Source of the DNA: Ginkgo biloba
Lineage: Eukaryota > Plantae > Ginkgophyta
Direction: 5' to 3'
Length of the DNA stretch: 18,221 bases
Assembly: GCA_024626585.2 (NCBI GenBank)
Contig: JANKJI020000002.1
Location: 138,981,344 to 138,999,564, forward strand
Position numbers and translations under genes: made by a program. The notes below the pieces were generated by a model. It saw nothing but the letters and a program-made list of their open reading frames with translations. It made no database searches and was not told where the DNA came from. Shown here one piece after another: positions 1 through 10,900 of the stretch. How positions within the stretch are numbered: position 1 is the first letter of the stretch; every line of letters starts with the position of its first letter.

Positions 1-1921
1 GCCAAAGTAAAACCAACGACTGCCTAAGTAGGCCAAATTGCACAAATATGTCCAAAGAGTAGTCACCCGTCTCTAGAATGACTATATCACTCCCCAAAGT
101 CATCAGTTGCATAACGTTACATCTTCTCAATAGCTCAAGAAAGAACCATTAATGCGCATTTACTAGAGCTTGGAGAAGATGTAACATCAATTATTGAAGT
201 ACAACTTCAACTATGAAGAGGATATTGACTTTTACAAAAATGGAAACAGGCAATAAATGCCAATATCACCCAAAGAATGTTGAATCGTTGGTTAAACAAG
301 GACTTTGACCACCCTAAATGAGCATATTGAAGCACTAAAGACAAGTACAACAATAATTATTACAAGTATAAGAGTAATTACGAAGAGCAACTTATATTCA
401 TTGAACATTGAATGAAAGGCTAAGGAACTCAATGCCTTGTACGGCCCTTGATAATTTTGTACTATGATTGTACACTCATCACTAATGATGTACAATATGC
501 CCAATCAGGTACTGTTGCCAATCGTGACTGAAAATCAACATTTATGACTGGAACCAACATTTATTACAAAGTGAATTGTAAGTACAACTGCAATTAATGA
601 GGCCACAGACCATTATGAAGAAGTATGACCCTCACAATTGTAGCATAGTCAAAGTACAACTATAGTAAAGCATTATGCAATAGAGTACAATTTGTAATTG
701 ATGAAGAATCCAGTCTGGCTTGCATTCTTTAGCCTTTCTTCTCTTGCAGTTGTATTTTAATGAAGCATGATGTATGCAGTAATTGTTGTTGGGGTTAGTA
801 TATTGTAGATATTTTGCTACTAGTGAATGCAATCAGTCATAAATAAATACATTGCTAGAAACTATATGATATTGCATATTTTCACTTCTATAGTAATGGG
901 TAACCTTGATAAAGTAAGTCTGGATGGCAAATTAACAAAGGGCAAAAGTCTAAAATTAGTCTCTAGATTGTCTCATTATCAAGTAATGCCTTAAAGGCTA
1001 GGCAACTATCTACACAGACATACTTGTCTAGAAATGGTTTTAAGGGACACCGACATCCTTGATTGGATAAGTAGCTCCCTTGGTATGTAAAAGCATGTGC
1101 AGTACCATACATAAGGCCTGAGTGCATTGTGGATAATTTGACATGTAAGGCTTGTGTGTGAATTGCCACCATGTGAGGATTCTATAGGTTGGGGAACACA
1201 TAGACTTGTAAGTGAGTCTGTGATAGAACCTTATAAATGAAGGGGGTGGTATTCCTGACTGTGGATGGGTGATCATTCAGTGTATAAGCCTTATGATGGG
1301 ACATAGTGTTAGCCTGTTTCCAGGCCTAAACAATCAAGTATTCTAAAGTGTATGCTGATTATTGTGTGAGCTATGTGTACACAGATTTCTACTAGTGTGA
1401 ATTGGGAGCTGTGACATCAAGCGTGAAGAGTGGCAATGGGTCAAGTAGCAACGCAATTCCTCAAGATAAGGAAAGGTAATTACTCCTCCTGAAACTAACA
1501 TATGCATAGAGTAATAATTAGGATGTAGGTGTCTAACAAGAAAGTAGAGACCNNNNNNNNNNNNNTTACAGCAATCCCAAGCCACATGTTCCCCAGTCAC
1601 TTTGTCTTCTACGATAATTTATTCTGACTCTTTCCAATGCATTACTCACAATCATAAGGTCAGAACTTAACATGATTCGTTTTCTTCAGTCATTTTCCAC
1701 TATATTTGCAAGAGATGGGACAGCTACACAAACAGATTTAGCCAATAACATAAACCAATTAACTGCTTCAGCTTAAAACCACCCATTTCCACATTGTGAA
1801 TATACATTCAAATAATTAAGTTGGAAGGAAGATNNNNNNNNNNNNNNNNNNNNNNNNNNNNNNNNNNNNNNNNNNNNNNNNNNNNNNNNNNNNNNACTCT
1901 CACCAAGAACTGAACAAGTAC

Positions 1922-1982
1922 CTGCTGTGAGAAAGATCAGATTTCCTTCTTCTGCAGGCTTCTTCGAACCTGAAACTGGAGC
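1922..1982 (-). CDS. GLYR2: GLYR2 exon F (61 nt): APVSGSKKPAEEGNLIFLTAG
   Basis: Acceptor aagtag|GC, donor AG|gtactt; family signature APVSG. Confidence 0.95.
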
Positions 1983-4900
1983 CTACTTGGCATGTAATCT
2001 GCTTCATTTAGTACACACTACAAGTATTTTTGAAATTCTAACAACTTTAAGTAGTATCCCTTCCCATTTGCGCTCTGGTATCAAAAAGGCATCCAAATGT
2101 GTTTCAAAGACAAGATACTCATGCAAAACAGAAATGGGGGGATGAGAGAGAGGTCTAAATTACCTCCAAAAACTGAGCACCTGTTGCTTTAATGACTGCA
2201 TTGATAGCTTTAGATGTGTCTCTGTCAACCGTGGAGACATCCACATACCTGAATGGTAGTATGCAAATATATAAGAAAAGAACCAATGCTTGACCAAGTG
2301 GTTTTAAGATTTCTGTGGATATTAATTTTGAGATGACTATATAAAATCATTGTCACAATCATTATATAGATAACTCATAAACTTCTGCCTTGCTAACCCA
2401 AAGCCTCAGTTTTCTATATCTTTTGGTCTGTTGTGTCTTGATGTTAAGCAGGAAAATTGTGAAAATATGCATTAAATTGTACCTTGTCACTTAAGAATTA
2501 TCAGCTTTAGTCACATCATCAAGAATTTTGTCAACAGGAAGTCAACAAGAAGGCAAAGTCAATAAGGAATTGCCATTTGAAGAGTCATCAGGCAGTGTGA
2601 ACATGCATCCTCAATGGTCACTTAAACATTTGCACTCTTTCTCTTCATGACAAAAATGATGAAAACAAGAAAACTAAGAAATGACATAATGCAGTGAGAN
2701 NNNNNNNNNNNNNNNNNNNNNNNNNNNNNNNNNNNNNNNNNNNNNNNNNNNNNNNNNNNTGAACTTAAAGAGGAATTATTTTTGTATTGGAGAAACAAGA
2801 AAGAAATACAGTCTAGTTTGTGTTTTTAGGGGGTCACTAATACATATCCGTGGCAATGGGTTGCCACAACAACTGTTCAAGCTGTGATCTTTGGGAGAAA
2901 CATTATTGCCCCTAACTTCAGACTTGCTCTAATTGTTATCTTCTCGACAACTTTTTTTTTTATTGTAAAGAAGTTGTTCTATNNNNNNNNNNNNNNNNNN
3001 NNNNNNNNNNNNNNNNNNNNNNNNNNNNNNNNNNNNNNNNNNNNNNNNNNNNNNNNNNNNNNNNNNNNNNNNNNNNNNNNNNCTTTTTTTTTTTTTTTTT
3101 GAGGAGTGGCTATCATCAAATCCAAACTCGTCGTAAGGACGTGGAGAGACAACCTTTACAACAAGGAACAACCATTATATTATATGTATTTGGTGGTGGC
3201 CTTGGTTTGACTCATATTCCAGCCACATTCATAAGACACATGAATAATGTTCTCAAGCCTTTCTTGGGAAAATTTGTGGTACTATTTCTTGATGACATGA
3301 TACATCACGAATGCATGAAACTTCACAAGCGAAAGAGAGAGTGAATTCCACGGTTTGTCGATAAGCCTCACAACAATAATAGTTGAAGGTTGGTTGTTCC
3401 TAGGAGGAGAGGCTGAATAAGGAAACCACTCCTAGTAAGGGATGCCGCTTAAGGAAGAGCATAAGGAGGAGCATAAGGAGCATGTGTGGCTAGTTTTGGA
3501 TGTCCTAAGGAGGGAGAAGCTTTATGCTAAGCTTTCTAAATGTGACTTCTTTCAGCAAAAGGTTGAATACCTTAATTACATTGTCTCGACAATGATATCT
3601 TAGTGGATGCCAAGAAGATCAAGGTGGTTCATGATAGGAGTCCTCCACTAAGTGCACATGAGGTAAGGAACTTCCTTGGTCTAACCAATTTTTATAAGAG
3701 ATTTGTGCTCAATTTCTCCAAGATAGAGGCTCCTATAAGCGAATTGCTAAAGAAGTCCAGAAGGTTCACATGGACGAATAAATGCCAAGTTAACTTTGAT
3801 CTTCTCAAGAAAAAGTTGACAAAGGCATCAGTGTTGATGCTACTACATGTTTCTAGCCTTTAACCATCTACATCGATGCTAGTGGAGTGGCCATTGGGGC
3901 CGTGTTGACTCAATATGATAAGTTCGTTGCTTATGAGAGCCATAAGATGAATGAAGCTAAACAAAGATACCCTATCTTTGACCAAGAGTTGTTGGCCATC
4001 GTTCATGCTATTAAGGTATGGAAGCATTGCCTAAAGAATAATGAATTTGAAGTCATGACTAACCATAAACCTTTGTTGTCATTTCCTCCCAAGATAGCCT
4101 GAGTTGAGATATAAAGAAAGAAAAGAAAATGTCGTGGTTGATGTCTTGTCAAGGATGCCATAAGTTAATAATATTTGTATGGTGTAAATATCTTTAAGAG
4201 AGGAGATATATGAGGCACAAAAGAATGATGAATGTTATCAATAAGTAAATCAAGACCTAGTTGATGGGGAGTACATAGATTATACAAGTTGTTGATGATA
4301 TTCCCTAGTTTGGTAAAAGGATCATTGTGCCTTATATTGCCTAATCAAAATATAAGGTCCTCTATGAGTTACATAATAGTCCTTTTGCTAATCATGTGGC
4401 TAGGACCAAGACCTATGAAGAAGCCAAAAAGTATTTTATTGGTGAAACATCAAGAAAGAAATAGAAAATTATGTGAAGACCCATAAGTAATATTAGGTTA
4501 ATAAGGCAAAAAGAGAACATTTTATAGGGTTGTTTATACATTTTCATATTCAAGAGGGAAAATGGAAGAGCATAAATATGGATTTTATGACATCTCTACT
4601 AAGGAATTAGTGAAAACATGACCATATTTTGGTTGGGGTGGATTGGCTCATAAAGATGGCCAGGCTTATCCCTCATCATATGACATGTAAGGGAAAACAT
4701 GGTGTTGAATTGTTAACAATGAAATTCTTCACCACATACAGGATACCAAAGAGCATAGTGAGAAATTATGACCCCAAGTTCATCAACCATGTTTAGACAN
4801 NNNNNNNNNNNNNNNNNNNNNNNNNNNNNNNNNNNNNNNNNNNNNNNNNNNNNNNNNNNNNTAAGGGGGTTAATCAAATAATGAAAAGCATGTTGAGGTC

Positions 4901-7900
4901 ACATGTGATAGCTAGATAGACTAGTTTGGAGGAGAGACTTCCATTTGTGGAGTTTGCATACAATATTGATAAACATTCGACTATATGTATGACTCCCTTT
5001 AAAGCCATTATTGTTATGATCTCCTCATTCCTTTGGAGATATACCTTAAAAATTTTAAGGGAATGACTCAAGTTTCTTTGGAGATGCTTGATCGAATGCA
5101 AGATGAGTTGAGGAACTATTAAGAGAATATTAAGAGAGCACAAACACATGCTAAATAGTATGCAAAGCAACATATATAGTTTAGATCTATTAACGTGAGA
5201 GATGTGGTTTATCTTAGAGTGAAACCTAACAGTTCCTTGTCTATGAGATAGTATTCTAAGCACTCACCTTGGTGCTGCAAACCATTTTAATTATTGGAGA
5301 AAATTAATAAAGTAGCCTATAGATTGCAAATAAAAGCTCATGTCAAGATCGCCTAGTACTTCATGTTATCTTTAATAAGAAGACTTTGTCTAGATATGAT
5401 AGTGTGTTGCCATCCTTTGTTAATGTACAGGATGTTGAGAAAGATGTGCATGATTCAATTAGGGTATTGCATACAAGGACAAAGGAGGTTGTAAAATAGA
5501 GATACCATTAAATATCTTATGGAATGGTCGAATAAGCCCCTTGAGGAAGCCACTTAGGAATCAAATGCTTTTGTTCAAGATTTTGAGCTCATTGAGGGCA
5601 ATGATTTTTGTAGGGTAGGGAGAGATGTTATAAATGTTGTAATTTTTGTGAACTGCAAAATGGTGAAATAAATTCAAAATGGTAAAATAAATTCAGATAG
5701 AGATAACTTATGAAGTAATGTATAATATCAAGATTTGAAATAGAAAAGAATTAAATAAAATGCACAATAAACCAACCATTCGGGAGACACACTGATATAC
5801 GTGGAAAAACCCCGGTGTGGGGGAAAAACCATAAAAAAAGTGATCNNNNNNNNNNNNNNNNNNNNNNNNNNNNNNNNNNNNNNNNNNNNNNNNNNNNNNN
5901 NNNNNNNNNNNNNNNNNNNNNNNNNNNNNNNNNNNNNNNNNNNNNATGGGAGAGCATCAACATGGATTTTGTGACATCTCTACCAAGGACTCAGTGGTAG
6001 TGTAACCAAATTTTGGTTGTTATGGATTGGCTCATGAACCTGGCTAGATTTATCCCTTGTTGGATAACACATAGTAATATTGTTGATTTGTTGATAACAA
6101 GAGTGTTTACCAAGTATGGGGTACCAAAGAGCATTGTGAGCGATCGTGATACTAAGTTCACTAGCCTTGTTTGAATAGATTTCTTTAGAGCTTTAGGCAC
6201 TTAGTTGAATTTCAATAGCAATGATCACCCTCAAATATGATGAACTATAATGCTTAATTATGTAAATTATTTTACTCAGTCAATTAGTTCATCAAAATGT
6301 ACTTTGTACTTTATTATACTTAGTTATGTTGTACTTTGTACTTTCACCTAAATGGGTAAATCCCACGTGTAAGGGTGAATAGTCTTACTTGTACTCTCAC
6401 TTATAAATAAGTGAGATTTTTGTAATAAAATAACAATTGAAGTTGGTTTTCATCTAGGCTTTGTATTTTTGGTTGTGCACCAGCTTGCCTCCTTCTGCAA
6501 ATTCCCACCCAGCTTATCCTATAAATTCAGGTGTTCAAAGTGTCTCCAAGAGATCACACCAATTGGTACCAGAGCTATCATCTTGTACAGATTGGTTTTT
6601 ACAAGTGGTTTTAGGTTTCTCCACTTCTTAGCAAAGTGCTTTTCAGGAAAACAACCAAGAATTCAATTTCTCTGCTAAAATAAAAATAGGATTTTCTGTT
6701 TTCTTTCAAGTTTCCACAATAGTTTTCCACAAAGACAACAAGGGCATTTTCAAACTAAGCATCTTTGATCTGTTTTCCAATGGGTGAGTCAAAATCTCCC
6801 AATGGCACTTACAACGGATTCTATGAATTAACTTACTATGCCTACTTAATACGTGAATTCAAACATCTTGAACCTAATAATTCAAGGACAGAAACAAAAT
6901 TCACCACACATATCAAGTTTACACAGCAACAAAAATTTTTAACTGGAGAAACCCTCGTGGGAATAAAACTCTAAGTTTAATTGAAACCACACTCTCTTGC
7001 AAATTGAGTTCTCTCATTAAGCTTCTCCCTGAGTCCTGTCTCTCAGTCCTTCTCCTCACTATTGCTCCGTCATCGACCTTTTTCCTCGAGTGTTGCTTCA
7101 ATTCCATAACCACTCGAAGCAATTAATTCGTCTTGAAGAAGTTAAACCATTTGGTAACCGTAACACCTTATCGTATTGATCACAATGGGACCCTCTCTCA
7201 GGAAGCAAATGTTCGAGCTTTTTATTCGCTCAGGGCTTTTCCTAGCAAAGTGTTGTGAAGCCTTTTCTTTCTTCACTTCTGAATCCCCAAACTCTCGATA
7301 GATCGAGAAGTTCTTCAACCAAATTCATTAAAAGTTCAGGTTTGCCATTCGGGGTTTTACCTTGTCGAGTGTATCTCTCCTACTTCACCCAAACCTCCGA
7401 AACCCGATNNNNNNNNNNNNNNNNNNNNNNNNNNNNNNNNNNNNNNNNNNNNNNNNNNNNNNNNNNNNNNNNNNNNNNNNNNNNNNNNNNNNNNNNNNNN
7501 NNNNNNNNCATGGTATTGTTGGTTGAATGCTTGAAGCTCTTGGAGCCTCTCTCGCTTTGTAGCTTTGCGCATGATTGATATTTTGCAGCCCCACAGACCT
7601 AGCAAACTGCTCAGATACCAATTGATCCATTTTCTAATGGGCGAGTCAAAATCTTCCAATGGCACTTACACTGGATTCTACAGATTAACTTATTATGCCT
7701 ACTTAACGAGCGAATTCAAACATCTTGAACCTAATATTCAAGGACAGAAACAAAATTCACCACACACATCAAGTTTCAACAACAACATAGAAATTTTTAA
7801 CTCGAGAAACCCTCGCGGGGAATAAAACTCTAGGTTTCATTAAAAAGGCTTCAACAAAGAATTACATCAATCTATGTTTGTGCCTTTGTTCATGAGTTGC

Positions 7901-10900
7901 ACCTCACAAGGCTTTACACAGTGAGTACAGAGTTTTTCTCTCCACAGTTGATATAAACTTGGGGCTCAGTTATCCAAGTTCTTGTGCACACTGTGTTGTG
8001 GGATCCTCTGTCCTTTCCTTGGAGCTCAAATGCTCTCTTTCCTTATCACTCTCTCGGTCAAGTCTGCTTAGCTGCACTCTCTCTCGCAAACTGAGTTCTC
8101 TCAATTAATTTCTCCCTAAGTCCCGTCTCTCAGTCCTTCTCCTCACTCCTGTACTGTCTTCGGCCTTTTTCCTTGAGCGTCGCTTTAGTTCCATAACCGC
8201 TCGAAGCAGTTGATTCATCTCAAAGAAGTTAAACGTTTAGAAACCGTAACATCTTATCGTCTTTCTCACAGTAGGACCCTCTCTCGAGAAGCACATGTTG
8301 GGGCTTTTCATTTGTTCAAGGTTTTTCCCAACAAAGTGTCACGAGGCCTTTTCTTTCCTCACCACTGAATCCCCAAACTCTCGATAGATCCAAAAGTTCT
8401 TCAACTAACTTCATTAAAAGTTTGGGTCCGCCATTTCAAGGTTGTAAAAGTAGGTGTATCTCTCCTACTTTCACCCGAACCTTTGAAACCTGATATCCTG
8501 AAGGCTTAACTCCATTTTATCTCCTTTTGGGTCTGCGGCCTCGAGACTTTTAACAAGGGCATATCACTTAAACTTTCTGGAACCTCTGAATACCAAAAAC
8601 TTATTAATTGGGGTTTATCTTTTGTTCAAGTCCACAGCACTTCGAGCATTTGAACACATTGGCCTATCTCTTAAGCCGTTTGTTTTGCCAAAATCCCAAA
8701 CTTCACTACAGGGACTTAGCTCACCCCTTCAATCCTTAACTCTAGCCTTTGTGAGTTCAATTGTCATCAATCTTCACTTGTTATCGACCTTAATTCTTCA
8801 GGTATTTTCCGTTGAGACTTTTGTCGTCGGTCTACTCAAATCACTAGAACCTGAACTTATTTATACCTGTTGTTGATGATGATGAACGACCTTCCATCAT
8901 TCATTGACAATACCATCAACAACAACTTCGAACTGCCGAAAGTGAAATATTGACTTTTGTCAGTCGATCTCCAACATCCATTCTCTAACTCCTGTTGTTT
9001 GTCCATTTTCTTTGGATCTAAAAATAAGTTGGTCTTGGGCGTATTCATTCCCCGCTTACGATTTTCGTTTTGTAGGCGTTCCCTCCTCCCATGATTTTTC
9101 TCCATGGTTTTTTGGGTGAGGACTTTCTCTTCTTGCAAACTTTGGGTCATTCGCCCTTGTTATAATGGTGCGCCTCCATGGAATCCCGCGTTCAACAAGT
9201 TGGCACTCAACGGATAGAACGTATGTGCCACTTACGTCCACGCCACTTAGCCGCGTCCTCCTTCACTATCTCCAATGGCCCTGCTACAACACGAGAGATA
9301 ACGTGAACTAGAATTCAAAAACATGAAGTAGAATTCAAAAACGTTAATCGGAATTCAAAAACGCCAAGCGGGATTCGAATATCAAACCGAATTCAAGCCT
9401 GCAACAAAAAAATCCGAGCCATAAAACAAAATCAAGCAAAATTTTCGAAATCGGGCGGCAAAAATAGAATTTTGCCTAAGTTTTAAAATTTTAGGTTATT
9501 GAAAATATTAAAATTAGAATATTCCAAGAATATTCCAATTTTAATTGGAGGGTCTTTTCCTAAAGTCACTTTATCTTTTTAAAAGTGGCTTTTCTTTTTC
9601 ACTCAATACGCTTCATTTTGCATCTCTAGACTATTTTCTGTGCTTTTTGCACATGTTGGCTTCATTTTTTAGCAATTTCANNNNNNNNNNNNNNNNNNNN
9701 NNNNNNNNNNNNNNNNNNNNNNNNNNNNNNNNNNNNNNNNNNNNNNNNNNNNNNNNNNNNNNNNNNNNNNNNNNNNNNNNCACTTATCCGAGTTAAATTT
9801 CAACATGTATGAGGATTCTCTTTTACCCTTACATGTACCATTTTAGGGCTAGTGATAGTAAGGTTTTCAATACCCTTAAGAGGGTTCGACACTTGTCCAT
9901 GTTGAACCTCTTCCTATTGGTTTCTATAGTGTAGCGATAGGGTCTACATGGTCTGCATTTATATTTGGGTCATTTGATACCATTAGGATTTTTGGTCTAG
10001 AGTTTGTATCCCTAGGGTTTCTTCTATAACCAAAAAATCATATATTTAAATAATAATCTACATGAGACGGATACCCTAGCTTCCTATCCCTAGGGTTTCT
10101 TCTATAACCAGAAATTCATATATTTAAATAATAATCCGTATGAGATGGATACCCTAGCTTCCTATGGTTATCCCAATGCCAAAAAGAGGTTGGAAATAAA
10201 CCTATACATGACATCCTCACTATTGCCGGGATAATTGTTGCTAGGCATTGCATTGATGTTTAGAATTTATACACTGGAGATTTGGTTGCCTGCATAGTGA
10301 AGCCCAATTAGTGGTTCTCATGGCCAACAACAAGGTGCTAAAGTCCTCACTACAAGTCAACCCTGGTCTAACATTCCCTTTGCTAAGAACCTATAAATTA
10401 ATGCATTTTTCTCACTGCAACCATAAATTAACATGTTTAAAAATCTGTATTATATGGGTGTCCACTGCACTACATATTTATGGAAGTTTATTATTTCTGA
10501 ATGCATAACTAAAGTTCCCTCACTAATTTATGTATAATGATATGTATTTGCAAATCTAAACTATTCGGTTTTGCACATTTTTGAAAGGATGGTATGTTAC
10601 AAATGTTCTTTGTGTAATGTATGAAATCTATGTGCATTTGTGTGTGTGGGATCTTGATGTATAAATGTAGTTGCCTACTGTGACAAGCAAAAATTGGCCC
10701 CTGCTTCAAGTCTAAGGGGGATTATTCTCTACGTAAATCTAAGGGGTCGCATGGACGCATGCAATCACCAAAGTGACTATTATTAAGGACTTAGCAAATT
10801 TGAAAGGTCAATGGAAAGTTGAATGATCACTAGAAGATGAACAGTCATCTAGAGATGAACAATCATTGGGNNNNNNNNNNNNNNNNNNNNNNNNNNNNNN

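Larger units (their letters stand above)
3099..5625 (+). mobile_element. Degenerate Ty3/gypsy chromovirus pol (RT - RNase H - integrase - chromodomain) ending at a polypurine tract
   Basis: RT: LRSGYHQI, GLTHIPATF, KFVVLFLDD, KLYAKLSKC, EVRNFLGLTNFYKRF. RNase H: DASGVAIGAVL, DQELLAIVHAIKVWKH. Integrase: WKSINMDF, IPKSIV, LPFVEFAYN, KVAYRL. Chromodomain-like KYLMEWSNKPLEEAT*E. Domain order is gypsy-type; many stops and frameshifts. Confidence 0.93.

Noticed and set aside
1-1552. Short ORFs and LTR-like text (TATAAAT near 1233); search for the next GLYR2 exon
   Set aside because: No recognisable domain or element ends, and no GDxxLY..LDxMGK-like exon found. Probably intronic repeat debris.
1927-2145. 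72-aa + strand ORF
   Set aside because: Antisense shadow of exon F and its intron.
2850-2867. Hairpin GTGGCAA-TGGG-TTGCCAC
   Set aside because: A 7-bp stem is expected by chance; no Helitron-type CTRR end follows.
4874-5263. 129-aa - strand ORF
   Set aside because: Antisense to the decayed integrase.
9301-9399. CRISPR-like periodic repeat
   Set aside because: 20-nt period, no unique spacers, no cas genes, eukaryotic context.
9967-9984. TTTGATACCA, reverse PBS-like
   Set aside because: Only TGGTATCA matches and there is no adjacent clear LTR terminus.
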